A DNA stretch of 64,000 nt from Minisyncoccota bacterium (GCA_041662205.1 JBAZSZ010000002.1:27957-91956); one strand, 5' to 3'. Shown: positions 9,811 to 19,205, counted from the stretch's first letter. The notes: a model not told the origin generated them from the letters alone. Numbers and translations: made by a program.

Positions 9811-10425
9811 TTATTCTCTAACAGTAACCACACTCCCATCTTGATTTAATTTGATCACTTTAGATGCTTTGCCTGTGATAGCTCCTCCATCTATATACAA
9901 AGAAATTGAATTGCCAAAATATTTTTTTGCTTCATCTATGTTTTGCGCAGGAGGCATACCTTCGATGTTTGCCGAAGGTGCCACAAGCGGACCTGTTTGC
10001 AATAACAACTTTCTTAAATCTTCATTTATAGGTATTCTAAAAGCGAGAGTGTTTGTTCCTCTATGTAAAAATGAAAGTGTTTTATCTGGGCAATCTAAAA
10101 TAATACTAAGTGGCTCAGAATCTTTAATTCCGCTCAAAGCAAACAAACTTTCTTTTAATTTGCTTTGTTGTTGTTCTGATAAAACAATAGAAAACTTTCC
10201 AAGTTCACCGATATTTCCAATCAATATAATACAAGGCTTATCAGGGCTTCTTTTACGCAAAGCGTAAATATGCTCAACCACTACAAGATCCAGCGCTTTG
10301 CCGACAATCCCATACAAAGTATCAGTCGGCATCACTGCCACCCCACTATTTTGCAAAACCTTTATTAAATTTGGATCATCCCATATCATTGAAATTATTT
10401 TACTCTTAGTGTATTCTTTACACAA
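9811..10425 (-). CDS. tsaC: L-threonylcarbamoyladenylate synthase (YrdC/Sua5 family)
   Basis: MPTDTLYGIVG is the YrdC signature. The true start is probably an internal Met near 10389. Confidence 0.8.
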   Translation of the reverse strand: MCKEYTKSKIISMIWDDPNLIKVLQNSGVAVMPTDTLYGIVGKALDLVVVEHIYALRKRSPDKPCIILIGNIGELGKFSIVLSEQQQSKLKESLFALSGIKDSEPLSIILDCPDKTLSFLHRGTNTLAFRIPINEDLRKLLLQTGPLVAPSANIEGMPPAQNIDEAKKYFGNSISLYIDGGAITGKASKVIKLNQDGSVVTVRE

Positions 10426-10429
10426 GACT

Positions 10430-10846
10430 ATGAAAAGATTTTTAGATTTTTGTGAAAATACGGAAAATAAAATAAGGGTGTTCTTAAGTCGTTATCCTAT
10501 TATTTATGCCTTGATTGGAAGCTTGGGTGTAGTACTTTTTTGGCGAGGAATCTGGCACACCGCAGACGATATTAGTATGAGTAGTAGTGTCTCTCTTCTA
10601 GCTGGAATTTTAATCCTCCTAGCCACAGGATTGCTCGTCTATGAATTTATCGGAAATCGTCTCATCATCTCTGGTCTTATTGGCGAAGAAAAAATTACAA
10701 AAAAAGAAGAAGGTGAGATAAAAAAAGAAGAAAAAGAAATTGAAACAGAAGAAGCCCAGCTTAGAAATCTACAAAGTACTCTTTCAAGGCTAGAGAAAAA
10801 GCTAGACCTCATCGACGGAGAGGTAAAAAACAATCACACTAAATAA
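10430..10846 (+). CDS. Hypothetical membrane protein with a C-terminal coiled coil
   Basis: I trimmed the table ORF 10298..10846 to the internal Met (MKRFL) to avoid a 128-nt overlap with tsaC. It has two TM helices and a charged KEE-rich coiled coil. Confidence 0.4.
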   Translation: MKRFLDFCENTENKIRVFLSRYPIIYALIGSLGVVLFWRGIWHTADDISMSSSVSLLAGILILLATGLLVYEFIGNRLIISGLIGEEKITKKEEGEIKKEEKEIETEEAQLRNLQSTLSRLEKKLDLIDGEVKNNHTK

Positions 10847-11225
10847 TATTATCCGTTATTCTAAATGAAATATATCCAAGTAAGCCAAGCTGAATACTTG
10901 GGGTTAGCCCTATTCCAAGAAATGAAATAATAGGCATCAAAGAATTGTATGCCCATCTATGAGTCGAAAGAGCGTAATATTCAATACCAAAAGAAATAAT
11001 GATTCCCAAAAAAATTATCAGCCAGCTTTTATTTTTAAATGGAGCATAAAAAATAAATGGTAAAGTTATTAAAATTATAATCAAGGCATCCCAAAAAGAT
11101 GCCCTCAATAGAATAAGCTCAGTAATTTTTCCACCCATATAATTTGCATAAAAAACCGAATGCAAATTCTCCCAAACTGCATTCGAAACAAAAGCAATGA
11201 AGAATATAGAAAATATTTTTTTCAT
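10839..11225 (-). CDS. Hypothetical membrane protein
   Basis: 128 aa with four predicted TM segments. No recognisable motif. Confidence 0.4.
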   Translation of the reverse strand: MKKIFSIFFIAFVSNAVWENLHSVFYANYMGGKITELILLRASFWDALIIILITLPFIFYAPFKNKSWLIIFLGIIISFGIEYYALSTHRWAYNSLMPIISFLGIGLTPSIQLGLLGYISFRITDNII

Positions 11226-11226
11226 A

Positions 11227-11718
11227 TTAATGTATTTTTAAAAACTTTTCTTCCACATCTTTATAATGGTGAAGTAAAAAATGACAATTAAAACAAAGCC
11301 ACGCTAGGTTTAAAATAGAACTATTTTTTTTATTACGATCTATGTGGTGTACGGCTAATATTCTAAAATCTGTAGTTTTGCATATTTTGCAAATTTGAGG
11401 AATTTTATGTCTAAACATCGTGCTTCTATAAGAGTGTTTACCGTCTTTCCAGTTTGCATGTTTCGGACCAATAAAAACAGAATTTCTCCATTTTGTCTGG
11501 CAAGATTTTGTACAAAAATAAGTTTTACTTTTTGATAAACGAAGTGCTTTTACTGTTTTATATACCTCTAATCCACAAGAATGACATTTCACAATTTTCC
11601 CAGTCCTACTTCCAACACGCATACATTGTTGTGAACAATATTTAGCATGCCCTTTCTTTAGGAAAAAAGGTTTCCCATAAAATTCTTTTGAACAAATTTT
11701 GCATTTAACGATAGGCAC
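11227..11718 (-). CDS. HNH endonuclease-family zinc-finger protein
   Basis: Cys-rich, with an HNH core: AVHHIDRNKKNSSILNLAWLCFNCHFLLHH. Confidence 0.65.
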   Translation of the reverse strand: MPIVKCKICSKEFYGKPFFLKKGHAKYCSQQCMRVGSRTGKIVKCHSCGLEVYKTVKALRLSKSKTYFCTKSCQTKWRNSVFIGPKHANWKDGKHSYRSTMFRHKIPQICKICKTTDFRILAVHHIDRNKKNSSILNLAWLCFNCHFLLHHYKDVEEKFLKIH

Positions 11719-11762
11719 TCATTAATTTTATAAAATGATTTTACTTATGTAAACAAAATAAG

Positions 11763-11782
11763 TTGTGGATAATATTCCACAA
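11763..11782. promoter_or_regulatory. 7-6-7 palindrome (ttgtgga-taatat-tccacaa) containing a perfect DnaA-box 9-mer, upstream of the HNH gene
   Basis: The palindrome is read directly from the sequence, and tgtggataa is the complement of TTATCCACA. Confidence 0.3.
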
Positions 11783-11970
11783 ACCTTTTATTTTACCAAT
11801 TCAATTTTTATTGGGGGCCTATTCGGTTATGCTCCGAATCCGAGAGCTCCACAAGCTCTAGTGCTACTATTACACCATAAGCCCCATGTATGGTTATTTA
11901 TAACAATAAACGAGGAGTATATGCAAGTTTATTTGCATAATATGTGGCCAAATTACTATAAAAATGCTAC

Positions 11971-12195
11971 TTAAATAGATTTTCTAATTTTTATTAGATC
12001 GTAAACAGCAGAAAGAATAAAAATAATTTGCAAAATTGCAAAGATGGTATCTTTTAAATAAATACTATAGATCTCCAAGCACCCTCCTCCTACGATATAC
12101 AGAATATTTTGATGTTTTCTATTTTTCAACAACAAACCGACAGAAATCAAAAGAAGTCCGACAATTCCTATTAATTTGAAAATATTTATATCCAT
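11971..12195 (-). CDS. Small hypothetical membrane protein
   Basis: 74 aa with two hydrophobic helices. No homology is recognisable. Confidence 0.35.
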   Translation of the reverse strand: MDINIFKLIGIVGLLLISVGLLLKNRKHQNILYIVGGGCLEIYSIYLKDTIFAILQIIFILSAVYDLIKIRKSI

Positions 12196-12203
12196 GAATT
12201 TTG

Positions 12204-12287
12204 TGCCCAGGGGGAGATTTGAACTCCCATGCCCTTGCGGGCGCTACCACCTCAAGGTAGTACGTCTACCAGTTTCGCCACCTGGGC
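12204..12287 (-). tRNA. tRNA-Leu (anticodon GAG)
   Basis: On the reverse complement it folds as a cloverleaf: acceptor GCCCAGG/CCTGGGC, anticodon stem CTACC/GGTAG, loop TTGAGGT, a long variable arm and a GTTCAAATC T-loop. Confidence 0.85.
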
Positions 12288-12326
12288 ATATTAGGAGTAT
12301 AGCAAGAGATTAGAAAAATTAAAAAA

Positions 12327-12737
12327 CTATTCCGCCACTTCTTCGGCTACTTCTTTTTGTTCCTCTGAGTGAGTAACAGAACGCATTTTTTTGCGAACGT
12401 CTTTGACTGCCTTAGTACGAATATAGTAAAGTTTTGATCTGCGAGCGCGAGATCTTTTAGTTATTTTAATTTCCCCTATCATCGGAGAATATAATGGAAA
12501 AATTCTTTCTACTCCAACACCAGAAGCTACCTTTCTAACAGTAAAAGTAGCACCTGCCTCGGTACCGTGTTTACGAGCAAGGACTATCCCTTCAAAAAGC
12601 TGGAAACGAGACTTGCCTTTTTCGTCTATAATTTTTGACGAAACAGAAACTGTATCCCCCGCTTTAAAATTAAGCTTCTTGCGCTCCTCAATATCCACCG
12701 GACTAAATTTTATTTTATTGATTTTATTTCCTGCCAT
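12327..12737 (-). CDS. rplS: 50S ribosomal protein L19
   Basis: FKAGDTVSVSSKIIDEKGKSRFQLFEGIVLARK...RKVASGVGVERIFPLYSP matches L19. There is an acidic C-terminal tail. Confidence 0.9.
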   Translation of the reverse strand: MAGNKINKIKFSPVDIEERKKLNFKAGDTVSVSSKIIDEKGKSRFQLFEGIVLARKHGTEAGATFTVRKVASGVGVERIFPLYSPMIGEIKITKRSRARRSKLYYIRTKAVKDVRKKMRSVTHSEEQKEVAEEVAE

Positions 12738-12767
12738 AGTGGACTTAATCTAACATAAACAGCCTCT

Positions 12768-14471
12768 TTAGGCAAATTCTTGTTGATAACACTTTACGCA
12801 ATAGACTATCTCTGGTCTCTCTGGCGCATAAGAAGTCCTGATAATATCACCACATTTCATACATTCACGATCATACAATCCCGGTTTTTGTAATTTATCA
12901 AAACGAGATTTTTCCCTGCATTTTAGGCATCTAGCCGGCAATGGTAGATTCATCTTTCGTAGTAGATCAAATTCCAAGCTGGCAATTTTATATTTCCTTT
13001 CACAAGTGGCGCAAGAAATTATTTCTTTTAAGATTGATTCATCTACTTCTGCAATAGTTTCAGGTAAATCTTTTCCTGAAAGAGTAGCCTCCGCTTGTTT
13101 TTCTTCTTCATCATTCCAAGCATAGCCATCTTTCTGTGCTTCCTCTTTTGTCTTTGGAAAAAATTTACAAGCGTTAGAATTATTATAAGCAAATTTACTA
13201 AATCCAGGCTGGAAAAATTCTCCATGCGGCCAAGCTCTCCCCTTTTCATCTATGTAAGGATTCTTTTTCATATCCTCAATAATTTTTTCTTTCAAAATTT
13301 CATATTCTTTTTTATTGTATTCTTTATTTAAAATACAATGACTTTTGCGCTTAAGATTCACACAACCAAAATTATTTTTTGACGCTGTGCACCAAAGACA
13401 ATATTCTGTGTTAAGTATTTCAGGGAAACAATAGGCTGAGAATTTCGTATTGCTGACGCTGTCTCCCACACTAGCTGATTCATAAATAAGCTCGGCATTA
13501 GCTCCCCAACCGGAATAATCAAAACAGTCTTTGGTTGATTTCACACTAATAAGCTGACACCATTTGCAATTTTCTAAATGGCTAGCTATATATATTTCCT
13601 TAGAATTTTTTGATTTATAAAGATATTCTCCAGTAACATTTAGATTAAAAGTATCTCCAGTAAAAGAACGATAAGGAAATTTCTGCCAAAATATTTCCGC
13701 CTCTTTTTTAAACACATTAATACCAGAACGAGTATTTAATCTTAACTCTTTCAATTTATTCAAATATTCTTCCTTGGTATACTGAACATTAAAAATTCTA
13801 TAAGAAGCACCACGCAAATTCACACAACCGACACAGCTCATACAACCATAACAATTACGCGAAAAATACACTTCGTTACAATCATCACATTCCTGTGAAT
13901 AAAAAGTATGGTAGCATTTACGTTGGCCTATGGACTCATAACATAATTCAGAACCAAAAATTCGCAAACTATCAGCTGTATCCTTAGCTCCGTTTAAAAT
14001 TGAAGAAAAATAAACATTTTCACAATAATCTGCCGCAGTAATTAAGGTACAATTTTTTGAATAAGCTAAAGCATTGCAATATTCACAATTTTTAAGAGTT
14101 AAATAAGTAGATTCAAGTGCAACATATGGGGTTTTTTCTGAAAGTTCTTTCCATTGTGCTAAAAACGACCGATTATGATTATAATCCATCGCATATTCAG
14201 TGCCATCCCAATCATCCGCCCACCAACATGACTGACAATATACAATAATTTTCTGTGTTGATGGATACATTGAAAGTGTGCGTTTCTTACACTTGTCACA
14301 ATTTCTACAAAAGAGGGACCACCAATTAATAGAAGACATACGCCTTATCATCCGACATTCTGGACACCAAGTCGGTGCTGGCACTTTAATCTTTTCGTAA
14401 AAATTAAAATCTTCCGGTTCAATGGTAAAGTCTTTCTGACAGTTTTTACATACTTTTGTTTCAGCTTCCAT
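12768..14471 (-). CDS. Large Cys-rich protein with terminal zinc-ribbons and repeated C-x2-C-x6-8-S-[KR]-N-C modules; function unknown
   Basis: The 567-aa ORF contains more than 20 CxxC pairs. There is an N-terminal ribbon (CKNCQ...CPEC) and a C-terminal ribbon (CATCE...CLKC). Internal repeats include KNCEYCN..SKNC, NCYGCMSCVGCVN and NCKWCQ..KDC. Confidence 0.6.
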   Translation of the reverse strand: MEAETKVCKNCQKDFTIEPEDFNFYEKIKVPAPTWCPECRMIRRMSSINWWSLFCRNCDKCKKRTLSMYPSTQKIIVYCQSCWWADDWDGTEYAMDYNHNRSFLAQWKELSEKTPYVALESTYLTLKNCEYCNALAYSKNCTLITAADYCENVYFSSILNGAKDTADSLRIFGSELCYESIGQRKCYHTFYSQECDDCNEVYFSRNCYGCMSCVGCVNLRGASYRIFNVQYTKEEYLNKLKELRLNTRSGINVFKKEAEIFWQKFPYRSFTGDTFNLNVTGEYLYKSKNSKEIYIASHLENCKWCQLISVKSTKDCFDYSGWGANAELIYESASVGDSVSNTKFSAYCFPEILNTEYCLWCTASKNNFGCVNLKRKSHCILNKEYNKKEYEILKEKIIEDMKKNPYIDEKGRAWPHGEFFQPGFSKFAYNNSNACKFFPKTKEEAQKDGYAWNDEEEKQAEATLSGKDLPETIAEVDESILKEIISCATCERKYKIASLEFDLLRKMNLPLPARCLKCREKSRFDKLQKPGLYDRECMKCGDIIRTSYAPERPEIVYCVKCYQQEFA

Positions 14472-14475
14472 TTTA

Positions 14476-15216
14476 TTATTCTATAATCTTTTTAAACTCT
14501 TCTGGTATTGGAGATTCTATTTTTATAGTTTCACCTTTAAGATTCTTAAATTCTATAGATTTCGCGTGCAAAGCTAAGCGCGAGATGCCCTTGGGGCAAG
14601 GATTATCAGGATTATAGAGAGAATCACAAGCGACAGGGTGATTTAAGAATTTCATATGCACGCGGATCTGGTGCGTCCGGCCAGTTTTAGGTCTAACTTC
14701 AATATATGTAAAATTTCCAGACAGGAGCTTATGAAAATTTTTATCGGTGTGGGAACCCTTTAGGGAGGAACCGGAAAAATTTTCATAAGCTCCTGTTTTA
14801 AATCTTTTTAATACTCTATATTGAGTTATCGCCTCTCGCATTTCTCCACGCGCTCCACGACCAGCAGAATAACGTCGAAAGTCCTTTGGACTTCTCCCGA
14901 TAGGTTTATTTATTATCCCCCGTTCATTTTTTACATTTCCCGAAACAATAGCATGATAAATCTTTTTTATTTCTCTGTTCTTAAATTGACTCTTGAGAAA
15001 TTCATGAGCTTTTTTATTTTTAGCTATCAGCATTACACCAGAAGTTCCTTTGTCTAACCTATGCACTAATTCTGCTTTTGGATATTTTTTTACAGCCCAA
15101 TCTAAAATAGTTTTTTCCTTACTGGTTTTATCGGGGTGCACCAAAATCCCCGAAGGTTTATCTATGGCTAAAATATTAGTATCCTCATATAAAATTTTTA
15201 TTTTTTCTGGCATCAT
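14476..15216 (-). CDS. RluA-family pseudouridine synthase carrying an in-frame palindromic insertion
   Basis: HRLDKGTSGVMLIAKN has the catalytic Asp, and the C-terminal PKTGRTHQIRVH motif is present. Confidence 0.85.
   Translation of the reverse strand: MMPEKIKILYEDTNILAIDKPSGILVHPDKTSKEKTILDWAVKKYPKAELVHRLDKGTSGVMLIAKNKKAHEFLKSQFKNREIKKIYHAIVSGNVKNERGIINKPIGRSPKDFRRYSAGRGARGEMREAITQYRVLKRFKTGAYENFSGSSLKGSHTDKNFHKLLSGNFTYIEVRPKTGRTHQIRVHMKFLNHPVACDSLYNPDNPCPKGISRLALHAKSIEFKNLKGETIKIESPIPEEFKKIIE
14722..14795. repeat. 74-bp palindromic element inserted in frame in the pseudouridine synthase gene
   Basis: There are perfect 21-bp inverted repeats: caggagcttatgaaaattttt and aaaaattttcataagctcctg. 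They flank a 32-bp GC-rich core. The element encodes an extra peptide, GAYENFSGSSLKGSHTDKNFHKLL. Confidence 0.7.
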
Positions 15217-15854
15217 ATTTCCGCATTGTCTGCAATCAAGATATACACTGTCTTATAAACTGAATATATGAATATACAAAAAATACTCACAAAAACGAGT
15301 GGGGTTCCTGTATGCATAAAATCAGCTAAAATATTAAATAATTGTTTAATCAAATTAAGTGGACTTAGAAACAAATCCCAACTATTCCATCTTTCAAATC
15401 TTCCCAAATATACTCCAAAACTTGAAACAAAACAAATAATAAAAATTATTATCTCAGAAAATAAAATACTTAAATGATTCTTTAAATATTGATGAATATG
15501 AAAAAGAGAAATCATTCCTAAAAATAAACCGATCCAGCCAAAGAAAAAGAAAAGTAAACTATCATACCATACGAGAAGTGGAGGGCTCGAAACTATATGC
15601 ATCACATCCGTCACTAAATATGGAGCATTCGGAAAAAATAAAAGCCATAAAAAAAAGAGTGGTATAAAGATATTTATTGGTGTATCCTTTTTTATAAGAT
15701 ATAAAGATATTAAATATGGTATCCAAGCTAAAAAAAGATTCCAGATTAAATATAAAGGTGTTGTCATCCCTAATAGATCAAGACGAGTCAGATCGAAAAT
15801 AACAGCTACGATCGAAATTATGATGAGTATTTGAGTTATTTTTTTAGTTTTCAT
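15213..15854 (-). CDS. Hypothetical polytopic membrane protein
   Basis: 213 aa with about six TM helices. Confidence 0.45.
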   Translation of the reverse strand: MKTKKITQILIIISIVAVIFDLTRLDLLGMTTPLYLIWNLFLAWIPYLISLYLIKKDTPINIFIPLFFLWLLFFPNAPYLVTDVMHIVSSPPLLVWYDSLLFFFFGWIGLFLGMISLFHIHQYLKNHLSILFSEIIIFIICFVSSFGVYLGRFERWNSWDLFLSPLNLIKQLFNILADFMHTGTPLVFVSIFCIFIYSVYKTVYILIADNAEI

Positions 15855-15890
15855 AATAATTGATTTTCTGATTAAAATTAAAAACTTTCA

Positions 15891-16907
15891 TTACAAAAAT
15901 AATATCGCACTCCCAATAATCATAATGATGATAGCAATAATTTTGGGTATTAAAAAAATTTTTGTTAAGTTTTCTTTGGCAATATTTGGAAAAAATTTAG
16001 TGGTAAATATAGTTAAAAAAAGAACAATTACCGGCTGAAAACTACTTACAAGATAAACCAGAGCAACAGGAGCTAAAAGCAATGCAAAATTTGTCAAAAG
16101 ATTGCCAGCAATTGACATCAATTCGCTTACAGTATTTACAATAAAAATTGTGCTTCCTCCTTTCTTGTTCATATGGAAAAACGACTTTCGATAGTGTGGG
16201 ACAAAAAGAAAAATAAAAAAACCTGACACTCCTAAGCCAAAATATTCCCAAAAAGAAGAAATCCAAAAATTATTTCCTACTGTTACGTATTTAAAAATAA
16301 CTCCAGATATAGCTACCGCAATACATGCAAAAACCATATAAAGCACAGGCTTATGTTTAAAACCTTTTTTTTCTTTACTAAAATCTAAAGAAATCAAAAT
16401 TAAACCTAAAAAAATTATCCCTGATCCAATAAATTGATTGAGTACTAAAGTCTCCCCAAGAAAAAAATAACCTAAAATATATCCAAAAATAGGAACAGAA
16501 AGAAACCATGGAACAACTGTGGAGGTTTCTTCTATTTCTAGGGCAAATAAATATAAAACAATCCAAATAATAGTTAAAATACCACAGACAAAAAGCAAAA
16601 GTTTATCTAAAATTGGAATATTGAATATATCAGGAATGAAAATCCATATTAAAAAAGAAATAAAAATCCCAATTAAACCAGAAAAAAGAACAAGTCCACC
16701 AGAACTATGTTCTTCCTCTTTGTGGGAAAATCTAGTAACTAAATATTTATCAGCCAGATTTACTAATGCCCATAAAAATGGCGCCGCTAAAGCTATAAAA
16801 AACCATTGCATAAGGGTATTATAACATGCATAGTTAAAATATTGACCATTAATTCTTTGCTTAACTAATATAATAATATATGGAAAATATAAACAAAGAA
16901 AGAACAC
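15891..16907 (-). CDS. DMT/EamA-like transporter family membrane protein
   Basis: 338 aa with about ten TM helices and an internally duplicated architecture. Confidence 0.45.
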   Translation of the reverse strand: MFFLCLYFPYIIILVKQRINGQYFNYACYNTLMQWFFIALAAPFLWALVNLADKYLVTRFSHKEEEHSSGGLVLFSGLIGIFISFLIWIFIPDIFNIPILDKLLLFVCGILTIIWIVLYLFALEIEETSTVVPWFLSVPIFGYILGYFFLGETLVLNQFIGSGIIFLGLILISLDFSKEKKGFKHKPVLYMVFACIAVAISGVIFKYVTVGNNFWISSFWEYFGLGVSGFFIFLFVPHYRKSFFHMNKKGGSTIFIVNTVSELMSIAGNLLTNFALLLAPVALVYLVSSFQPVIVLFLTIFTTKFFPNIAKENLTKIFLIPKIIAIIIMIIGSAILFL

Positions 16908-17108
16908 CCGAAAAGCTTGAAAAAGAAAAAAGATCTTATATAAAAAGATAGAAGAAACACCTAAAACAGACCAAGAAACTTATAGTAATTTAAATTTAGC
17001 CCTAACGATTTTAACAAATTTTACTGCATAAAAAATAGATGATGCAATAAAAAATATTGAAGAAATTAGACAAACAGATATCACTGAATAATATGCTTTG
17101 CAATTTTG

Positions 17109-17180
17109 TGCCCTTGGTAGGAATCGAACCTACATCAAAGCCTTAGAAGAGCTTCGTTCTATCCATTGAACTACAAGGGC
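17109..17180 (-). tRNA. tRNA-Arg (anticodon TCT)
   Basis: Cloverleaf on the reverse complement: acceptor GCCCTTG, anticodon stem AAGCT/GGCTT, loop CTTCTAA and a TTCGATT T-loop. Confidence 0.85.
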
Positions 17181-17209
17181 TATTGCCCCGCCAAAAGCGT
17201 GGGTGTGCG

Positions 17210-17282
17210 CGGTGAGGGACTCGAACCCCCGACCTTCTCAGTGTAAATGAGTTGCTCTACCAACTGAGCTAACCGCGCATAT
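17210..17282 (-). tRNA. tRNA-Val (anticodon TAC)
   Basis: Cloverleaf on the reverse complement: acceptor GCGCGGT/ACCGCGC, anticodon loop TTTACAC and a TTCGAGT T-loop. Confidence 0.85.
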
Positions 17283-17452
17283 ATATTTATTGACAAAAGA
17301 ACTAAATAACCAACATTAAGTTAACGACCTACCAAAACAGCTAACCGCGCAAATATTTATACTTTTAAAAAAACAAATATATATTTAAACTAACATTTTT
17401 ACAACAAGGGGTCAACGTATCTATACAAATTCTTTTATGATATCATTAAAGA

Positions 17453-17809
17453 ATGGCACATGAATACATTGATATAAAAGATGATAAAAAGTCTTTAGCT
17501 CTAAACACTATCAAATATAATACTGAAGATATATTTCGCAGGTATGGGAAAACACCGCTTGAATCACTGGATAATAAAACAAAAGAAGCTCTAAAGAGGT
17601 CTATAGCAACAATAATAACAACTCATCTTTCTCCTATAAGAAACGATGATTATTTTAAGAAAAACCCTGGAATGATAACAAACAACATACTCGAAATAAA
17701 GAAAAATATGGAATCAAGCCATGGAGCAACTGCTGGTAAACTTTTTATAGAAGCAGTAGAACTATCCTTAGGTGAAAAGGGGCTCAATACTATTATAATA
17801 AATCAATAA
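17453..17809 (+). CDS. Hypothetical protein
   Basis: 118 aa, soluble, with no recognisable motif. Confidence 0.35.
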   Translation: MAHEYIDIKDDKKSLALNTIKYNTEDIFRRYGKTPLESLDNKTKEALKRSIATIITTHLSPIRNDDYFKKNPGMITNNILEIKKNMESSHGATAGKLFIEAVELSLGEKGLNTIIINQ

Positions 17810-17818
17810 TTAGAAAAA

Positions 17819-18130
17819 TTAGAACGAAGGGTCAGCGACGGGTGCAGAAGAATTTAATATTTCCGCCGACTTCTTTTCTCTTTCAGAAAAATAATTTAAT
17901 ACTTTTTTGATACGCTCTTTGTTGATCATAGGAGATTGTCCGCTATCATTTGTATTCGATAAAATGTGATCTTGGTTTATTTGCATAAAAATACGATAAC
18001 TAAAAAGAAAAGATAGAAAAATTATTACAACGGCGCAAAAGAGAACGATTCTCCAATAAAAATGTGTATGAAAAATAAAATCTTTCTTCTTAAAACTTTT
18101 TTCTTTTTTAAATAAGTTTATTTTTATCAT
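17819..18130 (-). CDS. Small membrane protein at the distal end of the pilMNO operon
   Basis: 103 aa with one TM helix. Its stop overlaps the upstream pilO-like start by 4 nt. Confidence 0.4.
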   Translation of the reverse strand: MIKINLFKKEKSFKKKDFIFHTHFYWRIVLFCAVVIIFLSFLFSYRIFMQINQDHILSNTNDSGQSPMINKERIKKVLNYFSEREKKSAEILNSSAPVADPSF

Positions 18131-18654
18131 GGGATAAAGCTTAAAAGTTGTATTTTAAAAACGGCCTCCCAATTTGAATCTTTAGTATTTGTCTCAGACA
18201 CAGTAAGTTTTTTTATATCCATCGACAGAAACTCAAGTTCATAAGGAGAATTTTCTAAAAGAGTCAAAAATTTATAAATAGCTTCAAATCTGCCTGATAT
18301 TTTCAATCCAACTATTAATTCTGAATTATTTTCTTTCGAATCAACTGAATTTATCTGAATAAAAACTCCAACTTCTGATGCTACCTTTTCTATTAAATTC
18401 AAAAAAGGAACAATATCAGAACTTTTAACAAAATGACTATCAAGTAAAACCTTGTCAGGAGTAATTTCTTGAAGAGATTGGTTGAGAGACGCAATATTGT
18501 TACGCCTAAATGTTTCTGTTTGTAAATTTATCGTATCTTGTTGTGTTTTTTGATTATGATCATTTATTTCTTGATAAAAAAACAAAAAAACAAAACCGAA
18601 CAGCAAAAATGTTAAGGAGGTAAATATTAATATTTTTTGAAAATTATTTTTCAT
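18127..18654 (-). CDS. Type IV pilus assembly protein PilO-like
   Basis: N-terminal TM helix followed by a periplasmic domain. It is translationally coupled to pilN and pilM. Confidence 0.5.
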   Translation of the reverse strand: MKNNFQKILIFTSLTFLLFGFVFLFFYQEINDHNQKTQQDTINLQTETFRRNNIASLNQSLQEITPDKVLLDSHFVKSSDIVPFLNLIEKVASEVGVFIQINSVDSKENNSELIVGLKISGRFEAIYKFLTLLENSPYELEFLSMDIKKLTVSETNTKDSNWEAVFKIQLLSFIP

Positions 18655-18657
18655 ATT

Positions 18658-19200
18658 TTATGCAGGAATTAAACTCAAATTAAAATTAATATTGGATCCT
18701 TTCACAAAATTTGAAATCGGTAAATTGACATTTTTGAAAGCTAGGCTATTTTCTAATGCCTCACGAAACAAAAGCAGAACTTCCCGAGACGGCGACACTC
18801 CGCTAATGTTTATTTTTCTTCCACTTATTCCTTTGTTTTCATATGAAATATAAGTGATTTTAATATCAGATCTTTTATTTAAAAGAATGGCATTGATTAC
18901 TTTAACAGAAAGAGGAAATTTATTTTTTTCAAAATTTTCAACTAAAATAATTTTATTATTTATATCTTTTACTAAGGCAAGAGAGCTTTCTTCTGCAGTA
19001 GGCAACGGTTCTAATTTTTGATTCTCTAATTTTGCGACAATTAAAGAATGTTTCATAGAAGAAATAAAATAAGACGGTAATAAAGAAACAAAAGCGACTA
19101 GAATACAAAGGTCCAACATAACTACAAACAAAACTGCAAGTCTATAATAAAAATCTATAACTATTTTCTTTTTTTCTTCTGTTGGAATTAAATTAATCAT
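18658..19200 (-). CDS. pilN: Type IV pilus assembly protein PilN
   Basis: The N-terminus MINLIPTEE resembles the conserved INLLP motif, followed by a TM helix. It sits immediately downstream of pilM. Confidence 0.6.
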   Translation of the reverse strand: MINLIPTEEKKKIVIDFYYRLAVLFVVMLDLCILVAFVSLLPSYFISSMKHSLIVAKLENQKLEPLPTAEESSLALVKDINNKIILVENFEKNKFPLSVKVINAILLNKRSDIKITYISYENKGISGRKINISGVSPSREVLLLFREALENSLAFKNVNLPISNFVKGSNINFNLSLIPA

Positions 19201-19205
19201 TTATT

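Noticed and set aside
10298-10429. The first 44 codons of table ORF 10298..10846
   Set aside because: They overlap the tsaC gene on the opposite strand by 128 nt. The internal Met (MKRFL) at 10430 immediately follows the tsaC start, so I trimmed the ORF to it.
11765-11974. 69-aa plus-strand ORF in the HNH upstream region
   Set aside because: It has no RBS context for its first Met and no motif. The region is better explained as a regulatory spacer holding promoter motif b and the palindrome.
17338-17351. 13-nt duplicate of the tRNA-Val 5' end (agctaaccgcgca) 56 nt from the tRNA, as a possible att site
   Set aside because: It lies on the 5' side rather than the 3' side of the tRNA. It encloses only 55 bp, and no integrase is nearby. 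It is more likely a chance or promoter-associated repeat.
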